From positions 82,026,001 through 82,090,000 of the forward strand of contig OX597817.1 of NCBI GenBank assembly GCA_951406725.2: a stretch of 64,000 nt of DNA. Reading direction: 5' to 3'. Numbering within the stretch: position 1 is the first letter of the stretch; every line of letters begins with the position of its first letter. Below, one piece after another: positions 14,241-29,298 of the stretch. The DNA is from Octopus vulgaris (taxonomy: Eukaryota). Below the pieces are notes generated by a model. The model saw only the letters and a list, made by a program, of their open reading frames with translations, was not told the origin of the DNA and did not search any database. A program made the position numbers and the translations under genes.

Positions 14241-16066
14241 CGAAAGGCCTCGTGGTTTGGGAGTTGCATTGACAATCGCAAGATCGTGATTTCGATCCCC
14301 GGACCGGGTGGTGTCTTGTGTTCTTGCGCATACTTTATTTCTTCTTACTCTGGGATCACTTCGACATCTGATGTACGAAGGTTGTTCAGCAAGAAGATGC
14401 TGAACACTTACGACAGACGAGTCCATAATATATATATATATATGCAACGTGATTCTATACATATATATTGTTTCTGCTTTATGAAATTCAGTTAAGAAGC
14501 ATCGGTTGGCTCTGAGCTATAATAGAAGGTACATACCCAAAATACCGCGCAGTAGGACTGCACCCAAAACCACGTGGTTGCAAAATAGTTTATTAACCAC
14601 ACATCCATACCTCCCAAAAGAAACGTAGTTCTCATGTAATATTTCATGGTGTCCAAGACTGATAGCAGTAGGAGGCGTTAGAGAGGCAGCTAATCTTATA
14701 CCGAAATCCTGGTTCGAATTCCTTCAACGGAATGGATTCCTCTACAGTCACCTAAGCGTAGGGTATTACTGTCTCGAGGTCTAGGACTTATAGGTTTCCA
14801 AGGCGTATAAATGAACGAGCTCTCAAAATTCTTCATGAACGGGAGGCCAGTTCGTTGCAGGCAGTTACTCGTCTACAGCTGAGCAAACTGGAGTAACGTG
14901 AATTGAAGTGTCTTGCTCAAGAACATAACGGGCTTCCGGTCCGGGAATCGAACCTACGATCTTGCGATCATGATTGCTACACTCTAGCCACTAGGCCACG
15001 TGTCATCACATATATTTGGGGTAGAAGTAAGTATAAAAAACGGGTTAACAGACTAGCTCTTCATAATTCTTATTGAAACCATTCATTGTCATTCAATTTC
15101 CATCTGGTCTATCCGAGATTATGTCAGATCACAGTTGTATAATTGCCACAGAGTTAGATCGAACCGGAAACGTTGCATTTGTGAGTCGACTTGCTAGCAT
15201 AAGACATAACTCTTATCTTATTGCAAGTATCCATTATTTTGTTAATGCTTTGAATGTAACTATATTAAGGTAAATGGTTAAAAAGTTGGCTTCGCAACGA
15301 CAAAGTTCCGGATTCGAATTCAAATCCTGGAAGCTTAAGCAAATGCCAATTTCTATAGTATTGTACCAATCTACATTTTGGGAGTAAGACTGCGCTTGCT
15401 TCGTAATCACTTAGTTCCGGGCTCGAATTCAGAGCGTACCATCTTGGGCAAATGTCAATTTCTATAGTATCGCATCAATCCATATTGGTGAGTAAAACTG
15501 GATAGACCCTACTGTGGGGATCGTACCTGTAACTTAAAAAAAGATACATCCTTGTCGCATACTGTGTTACACTGAATATACTGAGTGTTACAGTAAGGGT
15601 GCAGGTGTCTGTTGGATACTCAACCGTTTACACTTATCCAGGAACAAATAATTCAGTAGTTCAAACAACTGAAGCCTCAATATCAAACGACAAAGATGCA
15701 TTACCATTGTTGCTAAGTTTCTGGTTAGTTCTCATCGATTGACCTACCAGACATATAGTCAAGGCATATAGCCTTGACTATACCGTATAATTTATGAGAT
15801 TACAAAGAATGAACTAAGAAAAATATATGAAATCGGAAAACAGCATTAATTTCGATTATTCAAGTAACATACACAAAAAAATATCTCAATACACTAAAGT
15901 TTGTTCCTTAGAATGAAAACAAAAATCTAGCGGTAGATGTTAGCGACTCTCAAAATACTGTGGACAGTGACGGGGAAAAAGAAGGCGAAATGGGAGAAAT
16001 AAACACACATCCAAAAATCGTACGAACAAAAGTTTGGGTTGAGAGAGGAAGATAAGGATTACTTAC

Positions 16067-16195
16067 GGCAACTATGACAATACATAGGACAGTTTTTCTG
16101 AACCCAATCTTGCAGATCTGGCGCAGTACAAATTGCTACACCAAACTTTTGGCAATTTATTTTGTCAACACATTTAGATGGTATGACTGGATCAA
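16067..16195 (-). CDS. Exon: ShKT domain 3
   Basis: ttttacag / gtaagt, phase 1-1. VDPVIPSKCVDKINCQKFGVAICTAPDLQDWVQKNCPMYCHSC. Confidence 0.9.
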
Positions 16196-16347
16196 CTGTA
16201 AAATAATGCATACAATTTAAATTTGAAATATCCGCCGCTCAAAGCATATCATAGATCAATTTTCGTTTTATAAATTTGATTTAAATGCTAACCAACAAGT
16301 ATTCAAATTATATAAGTATAATCAATTCACTTAAGGATGTGGTGGTT

Positions 16348-16388
<41 letters not shown>

Positions 16389-16389
<1 letters not shown>

Positions 16390-16744
16390 TACACTGGCCA
16401 AAATAATTTTAAGACCGATGATAACAGTTCTAATCTTTCATAAATATATGTTTAACAAAACTATAAAATCATTTTACTTTTTACAGTTTATGTAGATTTT
16501 TTTCTCTTTCGAATGATTTAGGCGTTACATAGCTTTCTACAATTCGAATAATTAAAGTGCAATTAATTCAAATAATTAGAAATTGTCGGTAACATAAGTT
16601 TAAGACCGTACGAAGATTATGCAAATTAATAAACCAAACGAGTGGTCATATGGTTGGTCTTACTGCACTGTTTTGTTTAATAATCGAGCATTGTTACACA
16701 TTAATTCGCGATGGGAAAGCCCAGTTTCTAGATCAAAGATCGTG
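16389..16744 (+). mobile_element. Tc1-like transposon 5' fragment
   Basis: TACACTGGCCAAAATAATTTTAAGACCG end with an internal repeat of TTTAAGACCG, followed by ATGGGAAAG; truncated by the LINE. Confidence 0.4.
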
Positions 16745-19380
16745 ACTTCATCAGCAAAATGTATCCTTCATGAACATAAGCAAGCAACTAGGATGCTGAA
16801 AAAGGGCTTGTGTTCAAGCATGGAAGCTTTATTAAGCCGCTGGCCAGTACAGAGATCGGCAGAAGTACCAATATAGCTAACGCCGTAATCTCCTAACGAT
16901 AGGGTTGGACTACAAGAAGTCGTTCGACTCTGTGCCCCACTCATTTGTGATAGAATTACTACACTTTGCCAAAATACTAGCTGCTATAGTGCATGTCCTT
17001 GAAAGACTGACTGCAACATGATCCACACAGTTATCTCTGACAACTACTATTGTTATAATTAGAATTAAGCAATCATGAAGCATATTCATATAGTTTATCT
17101 GTAGTGCTGTTTGTACTGGCAGTGAATCTCTTGTCAGACTTGTTAACAAAATGCCAAGGGTACATGCTAAGATTCGGAGAAAAGAATAAAGATTAATGTT
17201 ACACATTGTGTTGATGACTAAAGTTTTATTCTGGTAATATGACTAACATCAAAGACAGTTATAACTAGTGGCTCACGAGATATAGGAATGGAGTTTGGGT
17301 AAGATAAATTCTCATACATGATAGTCAACCGAGGAAAGATTGTTGACCAGGCAGAGAATATGTAGATCAATGGCTTGTCTATCTCCCCTATCTCTAAAGA
17401 TGAAAGGTACCAGTACCTTGGAATCATTGAGAATGTTGCATACATTGGTGCTGTGACTAATGCAGGAAAATATGGAATTCAGAGCCGTCTGCATTTAACA
17501 AGATCATATCTCACAATTCCTTTGCAGTACCAGTGCTAGTACCAACACAGGATATTGGACTGGACATTCGCTGAGATACACAGCCTGGACGTCAAAACCA
17601 GATAGGTACTGACCACCATTGGCAACTTCCATATTACCAGTGAAACTGATGGTATTTATGTGAGACAAAGTGATGGCGGTAGAGGCATAAGGTCAGACAA
17701 AATAGTGTTTGAATATTGCATTATATAATTCAGACAACACCTATTGAACAGTAAAGAAACAAATGAGTATATTCTATGCATACTCAAAAGTGAGAACAAT
17801 AACACTTTCAGAGTTGGAGAAGGATTACTGAGCAGGTGCTCTGAGAATAAAACTGTCTCATGCGACCCAAAGGAGGCTGGACTGGTCTATCTAAACAGCT
17901 TGGAGGAGAAGCAGGTATGATATCAACAAAAGGGAATGCATGGGTACATGTCTTGTAAGCTAGAGGAGAACAACAGCATTAGCAAGAAGAGTAGCATCTC
18001 CTGGACCTGCGATAGATACATTATATCCTACATAGAAGGTAGGATATAATGTATGCCTTCGCCCTGCAAGAACAGGAAATAGCTACTAAATACCTGATAA
18101 GCAAGAGGGGTAATGATACCACCAAACTTCCACGCTGTGATAAAAAATGTCGGCTCTGCTATACTAGTATGGAAGATATCACCCTAATCATCATCAGTTG
18201 GTTGCTCCAAAATGTCTACGAGATACTACCACTGAGGCATGGTATAGTTTAAAAATGTATTTACAACGCTATCCACAGGAAGGGCTGTCCTGACGTATAC
18301 ATCAAATGCATTCCAGAACCTGTGGGTATTTACACCTTTAAAAACAAAGAATACTGGTGGAATACCCTAGTAAAAACATCAGTTCGGTGTAAGCTTAATG
18401 TTATATCGCACGTTCGGATGACCTCTACTCAATTCTACTCTACTTTACGATGTCTAGACTTCTCCGTCTCTATCTACGTATTGGGCTAGCCTACTTCATC
18501 GTCTGGGGTCATCCACACAACACCTCCCCCTTTTGTGTTTTTTAAACCCGAATTTATCAAGTTTATTTCCTCGGTGAGAAACTGGCATATATTTTTCTCT
18601 TAGCGTTAATTTCCGTCATTTCTGTAGGTTTTCTCTTCCATTTTGGTACTATTCGAAACCTCGTCGCCACTGTTATATTGCAATACTACACAGGTACTGT
18701 GTGAGTTACGGAATCCTCGTCGCCACTGTTATGTCGCACGTTCGGATGACCTCTACTCAATTCTACTCTACTCTACTCTACGACGTCTAGATTTCTCCCT
18801 CTATATCTACGTATTGGGCTAGCCTACTTCATCGTCTGGGGCGTCCACACAACACTTAAAATACCAGATATTGGTCTGTGGGACAAGGAACAAAAGTCAT
18901 GCACTGTTGTAGAGGTCAGCTGCCTAGCTGATATGAATGTACAATCAAAAGTCTAGGAAAAAGAGAACATTTATGGTGGATTAATGTGAAACTTACATCT
19001 CCTGTACTCTGACTATGAATTCTCATTTGTACCTGTAATCACAGGTGTATTTGGCTGTGTATCACCAAATTTGCTCAAACACCTATAAATACTCGGTTTC
19101 ACGGGAAAATAACAAAAGAAACTGACGCGGTTTAACCAAATCCGCGTCGTTATTAGTGGAACAGTGAAAATTTGTCAGACATTCCAAAAATTCTGCATGT
19201 GAGATTCTTGTGAATAGCTGCACACACTTATGTATGTGCATAGGCAGTTGAACCAACACACCAAGTCAATCACATTTTTAAAAACACCGGAAACTCTCTT
19301 AACTCACAAAATCATATTACTTTGTTAGCAACCGGCTCAAACGCTCTCAAGAATAACTTACATTAAACTCAAAGAAGAAA
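16745..19380 (+). mobile_element. Degenerate R4/Dong-like non-LTR retrotransposon (RT, zinc knuckle, RLE), interrupted by the TRIM
   Basis: Frameshifted motifs DYKKSFDSVPH, CVDD, YQYLGI, CRLC, EYWWN, PDI...VVEVSC; ends at (CATA)n. Boundaries approximate. Confidence 0.85.
18399..18854 (-). mobile_element. TRIM-like miniature LTR retroelement (456 bp)
   Basis: LTRs 18399-18522 and 18727-18854 with TGTT...AACA ends; 5-bp TSD CTTAA; minus-strand PBS-like TGGCGACGAGG; PPT AAAAGGGGGAGG abutting the other LTR. Confidence 0.88.
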
Positions 19381-19757
19381 CATACATACATGCATACATA
19401 CATGCATACATCTCTTATATAAAATATCCGTTCTGTGTGTGTGTGGCTTCTATGATCTCGGGCATCCTCCATCCGATTGCGCTCAAATTTGATATATAGA
19501 TACCGATGGTATCTAATTTACAAAAATCGATTCCAAGTGAGAATGCGATCGATAAAGCCGTGGGAAATCGTCTTTCTTTGGAATAGAAAAAAAGTCTATC
19601 TTTATTTCTTCTTTTGCTGGTGTCTCAAATTTACGTTAAATCAGTGTTTCTCAAAGGGGAGGCTTATGGGACGGCCCGACAAGTTGCTTTGAGAAAATTT
19701 GGTTTAAATGTTTGACGACTCAACACCGTCCATTGGACTGGGGGCGCTTTGCTCGTA

Positions 19758-19847
<90 letters not shown>

Positions 19848-19853
19848 TGTATA

Positions 19854-19897
<44 letters not shown>

Positions 19898-22179
19898 ACT
19901 TTCATCCGTTGAATTCCACTCAGAATGCACTGCACTTTATTAACCCGAAGCTAAGAGGGGACGTACTTGACCAAACTGACATGCACTGGGAACATTCTAA
20001 AAACTAAATGGTTGCAAAGCTGAATTCTTAATCATACAGCCATGACAGGTCGTTTTCTTTTCAATGACTTATTCTGAATATTGATAGCTAGATAAAACTA
20101 TCAGTCTATTGAATTGTATGTCGTATCTTTTGTGACGTGTATAGAAACACAATACATATTTAACAATGGCAAAGAAATAGCAACAGAAGCCTGAGGTTAA
20201 TAAAACCCATTTGTTTTGTTTCGTTTTGAAACTAAAACAAATTAATGATGGCTTTAACGATTATATTCTACTGGAGAAATATATGTATATAGATATCCTC
20301 CCCACATTCATTCTCACCCAGCTTGACTAGATTAAGAATGGAAATCTAAAATTTTAAAATTAGCAGAACTACATTAACTACAAAAATAACAAACAAACAA
20401 ACAGATCGCTTGAAATGTTTCTCTTCAAACGAGTGGAACTTATTCTCTTCTTCAATGCACGCCGTATCTAAAGTTTCCCTAGAGACCATAGACCAACGAT
20501 AATAAATATAGCATTTCAAATTAAGTGTATTAGCAGAGGTTGCGCAGACACATACAACTCTATACACATATATAGATGCATTCTCTCACTCACGCATTCT
20601 CTCTCTGCTTGTCTGTTTGTCTGTCTGTCTCTCTCTCTGTCTCTCTGTATGTCTATCGATCTTTCACACACTTATATATTCATACACAATTTTCCATTAT
20701 TTATTATCCGTTAATAAAAGAAATTGAAAACGTATTTTCGAATGCAATTTTGTTACACACTGTTACATAAGTCGAAATTTTCACCATTCCACACTGGAAA
20801 TAGACTATATTGATTTTCTTATATGACAAGACACAAAATCGATAATTGCATGAAAAGGATTATAATTGAATGGACACTGGTCTATTGAATCTGTAGACTC
20901 CCGTATAACCAGCTGATAGGTCGGCGATTCGAATAATGTAAGGTGTCGACAGCCGAGACATCAATTTTCATGTGATCTGCTCGACCTATTTGTAAACAGG
21001 TACTGCAAGGTAAGAACCCCAGACTCGCCTGCAAACATGGCGGTTGCAGCAGAAAATGGAATTATGGTAATGTTGCGGTTTATAAATAAGTAATGGGCCT
21101 CACACCTTCTGCCGATATCTGATGGTTAGAGTTGATTAGATCGACCTCAGTATTCGACTGGTACTCTATTTTATCGAATCTAGAAGATTAAATGATAAAA
21201 TCGACTCGGGACAAAATCTGAACTCATTAAGGTAATATTCTTTCTACTTGTTTCGGACATTTGACTGCCGCCATGCTGCAGTACCGCCTTGGAGGGTTTT
21301 CTAGTGGAACAAATCGACCCCAGAACTTATTTTTTAAAGCCTAGTATTTATTCTACCGCTTGTTTTTGTCGAACCGGTCAGTTACGGGGACGTAAACACA
21401 CCAACACTGGTTGTCAAGCAGTGATTGGTGTACAAACACAGACACACACACACACACACACACAGACACACACACGACGGGCTTTCAAATCCACTCACTC
21501 ACCAAATCCACTCACAAGGCTTTGGTTGACTCGAGACTATAGTAGAAGATACTTGCCAAAGGTGCCACGCAGTGGGACTGAACCCAGAACCATGTGGTTG
21601 AGAAGCATGCTTCCTACCACATAACCACTCCTACTATGTATGTGTATATATATATATATCATGCATGCATATATCCACACACACAAACACACACACACGC
21701 AAAAACAATATCTATATATACACTGATACGCTCAGCTATACTAGTTAGCAGTTGTTAAAATTCAATATACTTATAATACATTATACTTCACTGAATCAGT
21801 TAGGCCTGGCGGCGGGAAAGTGTAGACTGACGGTCTCCGCCCTAGACTACTTGTACCAGTAGGTCAGTACCGAGCGTAAATAAATGAATGACAAAAGAAC
21901 AGCAGTAACGTAATCAGTTTTATTAGCTTATGGATCAATCTAACTATATATCTATCTGTCTGTCTGTAAAGCAAAATTTTCAGAATCCGATAAAATCAAG
22001 GTATTTACATAGCAAGTAGGGGATAGCGTACTTGTATTAACAATGTTTATGGACACATACGTATTATTAAAGTAAATATGATTTGTCCCTTCACATTCAC
22101 AAGTACCGACCGAATACGTAACATGTACGCAGTCACACAGGAGTACACCATGAAACGTATTCCACAAATATATTATTGC

Positions 22180-22248
<69 letters not shown>

Positions 22249-22660
22249 CTTTCTTTTATTCTTTCATTTATTTGTTTCAGTCATTTGACTGCGACCATGC
22301 TGGAGCACCGCATTTTAGTCGAAGAAATCAACCCCATGACTTATTCTTTGTAAGCCTGGTACTTATTCTATCGGTCACTTTTGTCGAACCGCTGGATAAC
22401 GGGGACGTAAGCACACCAATATTGGTTGTCAAGCGATGGTTGGGGGCACAAACATACACACAAAGACACACACATATATATAATTATATATATGCATATA
22501 TAAACGACGGGCTTCTTTCAGTCTCCGTCTACCGAATCCACTCACAAGCGTTTGGTTCGCCCAAGGCTATGGTAGAAGACACTTGCTCAAGGTTCCCCGC
22601 AGTGGGACTGTATCCAGAACCATGTGGTTGGGAAACAAGCTTCTTACCACATACTATACA

Positions 22661-22726
<66 letters not shown>

Positions 22727-23020
22727 TACACATACACACACACACACACATATATATAGATATAGATATATGTGAGTCTGTGTGTGTGAATGTTCGTGGC
22801 CTCATGGTTAGGGTGTTTCACTCACGATCGCAAGATCGTGGTTTCGATTCCCAGACCGGCTGTACCTTCTGTTAATGAGCAAAACATTTCATTTTACGTC
22901 CACCCAGCTGTAAATGAACAACCCTGTGTTCCGCCTAGCCAGCATAGTGCTATCATTGGAAACAATGCGAAGAAAAACACTGTGACCGGCGACAATCCGG
23001 TCGATACATACATTATATAT

Positions 23021-23366
23021 AGGCGCAGGAGTGGCTGTGTGGTAAGAAGCTTGCTTCCCAACCACATGGTTCCAGGTTCAGTCCCACTGCGTGGCACATT
23101 GGGTAAGTGTCTTTTGCTATACCACGGGCCGACCAACACCTTGTGAATGGATTTGGTAGACGGAAACTGAAACAAACCCGTCACATATATATATGTATAT
23201 GTTTGTGTGTCTGTGTTCGTCTCCCCACCATCGTATGACAACCGATGCTTGTGTGTTTACACCCCCGTACCTTAGCGGTTCGGCAAAAGTAACCGATTTG
23301 CTCGACTAAAGGCGATGATCCAGCATGGCTGCAATCAAATGACCGAACCAAGTAAAAGAATAAAAA
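23021..23366 (+). mobile_element. tRNA-derived SINE family A (representative copy)
   Basis: Head GGCGCAGGAGTGGCTGTGTGGTAAG...GGTTCAGTCCC with A/B-box-like motifs, internal microsatellite, tail GCAGTCAAATGACTGAAACAAGTAAAAGA. Other copies near 5480, 6530, 9560, 21240(-), 22265(-), 23890(-), 25060(-), 26565, 33410, 40625(-), 60628, 62430 and 63887. Confidence 0.85.
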
Positions 23367-23399
23367 TATATATATATTGTGTATGCATGTTATATATGA

Positions 23400-23700
23400 A
23401 GGTGTGTGGCTTAGTGGTTAGGGAATTTGGTTCAAGACCATAAGATCGTGAGTTCGAACCCGGTGGCGCCTTGCATCCTTGAGCAAACCACTTTATTTCA
23501 CGTTGTCCCAGTCCACTCAGCTGGCAAAAATGAGTGGTACATGTATTTCAGAGGGCTAGCCCTTTGACATCCTGTGAGAACTACATTGAGGGTTCGCATG
23601 TCTGTGGAGTACTCAGCCACTTGCACGTTAATTTCACGAGCAAGGTGTTCTGTTGATCAGATTAACTTGAACCCTCATTGTTGTAGCCGACGGAGTGCCT
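23400..23700 (+). mobile_element. tRNA-derived SINE family C (representative copy)
   Basis: GTGGCTTAGTGGTTAGG...GTTCGAACCC head with CTTGAGCAA..CACTT..CTCAGCTGGCAAAAATGAG core. Copies near 7490(-), 14245, 14850(-), 22795, 26255, 41700(-), 42520(-) and 55540(-). Confidence 0.75.
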
Positions 23701-24055
23701 CTGTGTATGTGTGTGTATGTGTGTTTGTGTGTGTGTGCGTGTGTGTGTGTGTGTGTGTGCGTGCGTGCATGGATACGTGTGTATGTCTTAGTTAAACATA
23801 AATTATTCTAGAAACATGATCCACATGTACAGGTATTACATATAAAAATACATAACTCTGAAATTGCACACATTTCAATATATACACGACGGGCCTCTCT
23901 CATTTCCTGTCTACCAAATCCACTCACTAGGCTTTGGTTTTCAATAGAACATACAGGTCCAAGGGGCGACGCGGTGGGACTGAACCCGGAACCATGTGGT
24001 AGAGAAGCAAATTTCTTACCACACAGTTACACCTGCGCCTATGTATATGCTTTAT

Positions 24056-24107
<52 letters not shown>

Positions 24108-24178
24108 TATATTGATATATATATATATATCAATATATATATATTGATATATATATATATATATCAATATATATATAT

Positions 24179-24239
<61 letters not shown>

Positions 24240-25498
24240 TATATGCATATACCTATATGCATGCAGACACACGCGCGTGCGCACATAAGCTGGTGTCATA
24301 ATTGAACATTTCAACTAGGAATTCAATTCTGAAAGAATGTATTTTTTTTATTATTTCTCATCTCTTAAATATAGAACTGAACGTATTTTTTGTTTTGTTT
24401 TTCTTTCAGATCATATTAAAAAGGATTAGATATGAAGAAACCAGAACTTATCACATCTCTACCATCCTACATATCTAGCTAGCAAAAAATGAAGAGCCAC
24501 TGTTATTGTTCGGTTTGTTTGCTTGATTGTCGAAAACTTTGATAGTTTAGAAACTACTAAAGTTAATATGATCAAATTTTGTAAACAATGTCTGTCATAT
24601 TTAGTAAACTTCTATAATTTTTTCACAATTCTTTATAAATATGGCACTCATACGCACGGTTGAATACACAAACATCAGTGTTATAAACAGTTCCAACAGA
24701 AGCAGACCTATCTCCGAAGAGCTATAAGCCAAAATGGAAACACAATATACAATTGTAGTAATATATTAATATGGGTATTGATGTATAGGCGAGTTAATGT
24801 ATACGTTACTTAATATATTAATATATGCATTAATGTATAGAAGAGTTAATGTCCAAGATTAACAATACTAATACTAGTTTGACATTTTTAAGAAGAATTT
24901 CAAGCATAGATTTCAAGCTGTCTTGTGTATAAGTATAATAACCTGTTGAAATCGTTTGTTTTATATTTTGTGTGTGTGTGTACTTTGCTTTCATAGGGGC
25001 ATAAGTGCGCGCGCATGTTATGCATACATACATTTTTATATAACGTTATTTTATTCTTCTCATATTTGTTTCTGTCATAGACTACGGCCGTGCTGCGGCA
25101 TTGCCCCGAGGAATTTTTAGTCGAGCGAACCGATCGTAGTGTTTATTATTATTTTTCTTTTAAGCCCGGTACTTATTCAAATGGATTCTTTTGTGTCGAA
25201 CCACTAGATCACAGGGATGTAAACACACCATCACCGGTTGACAAACACACACACACGCGCACACGCACACACACATTTATACGATAGGCTTCTTTCAGCC
25301 CAAGGTGCTACGCACTGGGACTGAACCTGGTAGCATCTGGTTGGGAAGTAATCTTCTTACTAAACAGCCACGCCAGTGCGTAAGTTGCATTTTAAATGTT
25401 TACGTATGTATGTATGTATGTACATGGATGGATATACCTTAAGGTGGTCGTATATATACATAAATAAATTGCAGTCATGACCAGAATGGATGACTCAT

Positions 25499-25536
<38 letters not shown>

Positions 25537-26029
25537 TGTTCTATCTATCGATCAATTTATCAGTCTAAATCTATAATCTATCTGTAAACATACACACACT
25601 CCACACCTACACACAAACACACATATATACACGACAGAGTGCTAAAATGTTTCTGGCTCTGGATAAAAGAAAATAAAGAAGGATCGATTAATTATTATCA
25701 AACATGTTGTAGCGGTCCTTTTCTAAGCACGGGAAAAGAACTTGGATGGCTGGACCTCCAACCAGGCTTTTCGCGACACCCTTAAAACCGGAGATTTTTC
25801 AGCCCGGAACTTCACACACACACGCGCGCGCGCACAGAAATATTTGCATTAGGTTCCTCATTATGCTCTCGATTTGTTGTTTAGAATTGTAAAGCATTTT
25901 TAGTTTTCAGTAGAGTGTGTTTACCAAATGCTTTCATGTTTAATGGTAAAAGTGTTTGATGTAAAAAAGACTGTTTGTTATAGCTGCAATCGTTCCGTTC
26001 CATTATTTATATGTACATATCACTCTGCG

Positions 26030-26106
<77 letters not shown>

Positions 26107-26121
26107 GTATATATATATATT

Positions 26122-26175
<54 letters not shown>

Positions 26176-26718
26176 GGCGTAGACGTGACTGGGTGCTAAG
26201 AAACTTGCTTCCTAACCACATCATTCCATGTGTGTGTGTGTTTGTGAGAAGGCACGTGGCCAAGTGGTAAGCGTGTTGCTCGCAAGATAGTGGTTTCGAT
26301 TCCTAGACCAACGATGCGTTGTGTTCTTGAGCAAAACACATCATGGGGTTGCAATTTCTTGCTGAACAAATTTGCACAAATTATTTTGTTTATCGCTCAT
26401 TCTCTCTATCGAATCGACATTACCTGTACAGATACACGGTGTTCCACACCGTGTATCTGAACAGAGCAATGTGATATGAAATGTTTTGCTGAAGAACACA
26501 AAGTGCTACCCAGTCTAGGAACTGAAACTACGATCTCGCCATCCTGAGTGCACTAGGCGACACTAGGCTGTATGGTAAGTAGCTTGCTTACCAACCATGT
26601 GGTCCTGGGTTCAGTCCCACTGCGTGACACCTTGGGCAAGTGTCTTCTACTATAGCCTCGGGCCGACCGAAGCCTTGTGAGTGGATTTGGTAGATGGAAA
26701 CTTGGAAGGAGCCCGTCG

Positions 26719-26750
<32 letters not shown>

Positions 26751-27170
26751 TGTATATATATATATACATATATATATGTATGTGTATATATTTGTGAGTC
26801 TGTGTTTGCACCCCCAACATCACTTGACAGCCGATGCTGGTGTATTTACGTCCCCGTAACTAGCGGTTCGGCAAAAGTAACCGATAGAATAAGTACTAGG
26901 CTTACAAAGACTAAGCTCTGGGGTCAATTTGCTCGACTAAAGGCGGTATTCCAGCATGGCCGCAGTCAAATGACTGAAACAAGTAAAAGAATAAAAGAAT
27001 ATTTCTGTAAACTATGCGACTATTCATAGACAGCTGAAGTAACTCACTTTGGATGGCATTAGACAAAATGTCTAAAAGTCCTGGATTTTAGGAAGTTCCG
27101 TTTGATTTATTTTAATAAAATATTCACATTTTAACGACAGTATATATGTATCACAGATGGATGAAATAAC

Positions 27171-27308
<138 letters not shown>

Positions 27309-27928
27309 GATAGAGAGAGAGAGAGAGATCCTGGGTTCCGATAGGTTGATGAGCCTTGGGTCTCTTCTTGAAAATTTAAATCGAAATTTCTATAGTTTGG
27401 CTTAAAGAGGATGATAGATGGAAAAGAAGATTTTACCCACATATGTACATATCGTTGCGCAGGGTTTACTTTGCAGTTGTTTAGTCTGAAGTCAGTCTTG
27501 ATCAAACAGATTCTGACAAAAAAAGCATTCCAGCTGTGACTATCCAGTCTTTTCTTTTTAAATCAGATTATATTTCCTCAGCCGTGTCCTTTATTTTTGC
27601 GAGTAGGAAGATTAAAATTTGAAGTGCATTTGGCTATCAATTTTAGGAGGTCGAGAGAACGTGTAGAAAATTTCCTCGTTGACATGAATTTTAAATTTTG
27701 TTTTAATTGGTTTCGAGTTCAAATCCCGCCAACGACGAAGTTGTTTTAATTTCTTCTGGGATTTATGTAGGAAATACCAGCAATGTGACGTTAATAATTC
27801 TAACCATAAATTTTTCAAGACACCGTCGTTTTTATCATTATCATTGAAGCAGATGCAAGTCAGCGAGACTCCCTCTACTGAGTAACATTGAATTTATATT
27901 TATCTGTATTATAAAAGTATTATCTTAC

Positions 27929-28062
27929 CTTTATCAACTATCTTTCCGCCACCTTTGATTTTACCAAAATCAACGATGAATTCACATTTCACTTCACCAC
28001 AGCATTCACCGTCTTTTTTCTCCAAATGACATATGCTGGGAAGGCTTTTATACTGAGGGCAT
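27929..28062 (-). CDS. Exon: VWC-like repeat 2, second half
   Basis: caatag / gtaaga, phase 2-1. CPQYKSLPSICHLEKKDGECCGEVKCEFIVDFGKIKGGGKIVDK. Confidence 0.9.
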
Positions 28063-28342
28063 CTATTGAAAAGGAAGCAATCAAAGGTATTATTTGATGC
28101 CTACAAAAATATTGAACTTTTATGGGAAATACCTCAAGTAAGAGTCGTTGGAGTAGAAGGTAAAGTTGCAGTTATAGCTAAGTGGTTAAGAGGATCTCTT
28201 TGCAACGACGTAGTTCTGAGTTCAAGATTGACAAATACCTCTTTGTGGGAATTAGCAAATGAAAACTATACATAATTTACCTCTCTCTCTTGCTCACTAA
28301 TACACACACACACGTACACACACATACACACACACGTACACA

Positions 28343-28403
<61 letters not shown>

Positions 28404-29127
28404 GCGTCGCTATAATGTCGGATAGAATGTCTCGCTGTATTCGCTTCAAATTTCAGTGCATTGGGTTCAAACCACTCCGAAGTCAAGTATACCTTTCATC
28501 CTTTCGGGAATTGCGATTACCTTGCCAAGTAGGGGTAGTGAATAGGGGACTGTAAGAACCTCAAAACAAATGCTTTGCGGTGTCTGTCCCTGATCTTTGC
28601 ATTCTGAATTCAAATCCTGCTTTGGATTACACGGGAGGTAAAAGCAATTCATCACCATGTACGTAAACTTTGTTTTGGTTGGATTCGAGTTCAAATCCCG
28701 CTAATGACGAAGTTGTTTTAACTCCTTGTGGGATTCATGTAAGAAGTACCAGCAATGTGATGTTAATAATTTTGACCATAAATTTTGCAACACCGTCGTC
28801 TTTAGTATTACCATCGAAGCGGAGGCTCTGTTGCTTCTACTGGGTCACATTGAATGTTAAACATAGCAACTAAATCCCCAACAAACTTCACTCTACCTTC
28901 GATAATATAGCCATAGCTTGGATAATATATACCACACATGAGTAATACAACACCAACAAAGAACTGAATATTAATGGTTGGAATGCTTTTGATTAAAAAG
29001 TCTTTGATCATAAGGCATTAATCATAGATCTCTATATAAGCAGGAACCTGGAACGAATTGATTGGTATTACTAGCAATAATATAGCACAAAGAAATCTCA
29101 GAATGCAGTATTTGGGGATAAGAGTGA

Positions 29128-29298
<171 letters not shown>

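Noticed and set aside
20346-20567. 73-aa minus-strand ORF as a possible extra exon
   Set aside because: No phase-compatible acceptor/donor pair and no domain similarity.
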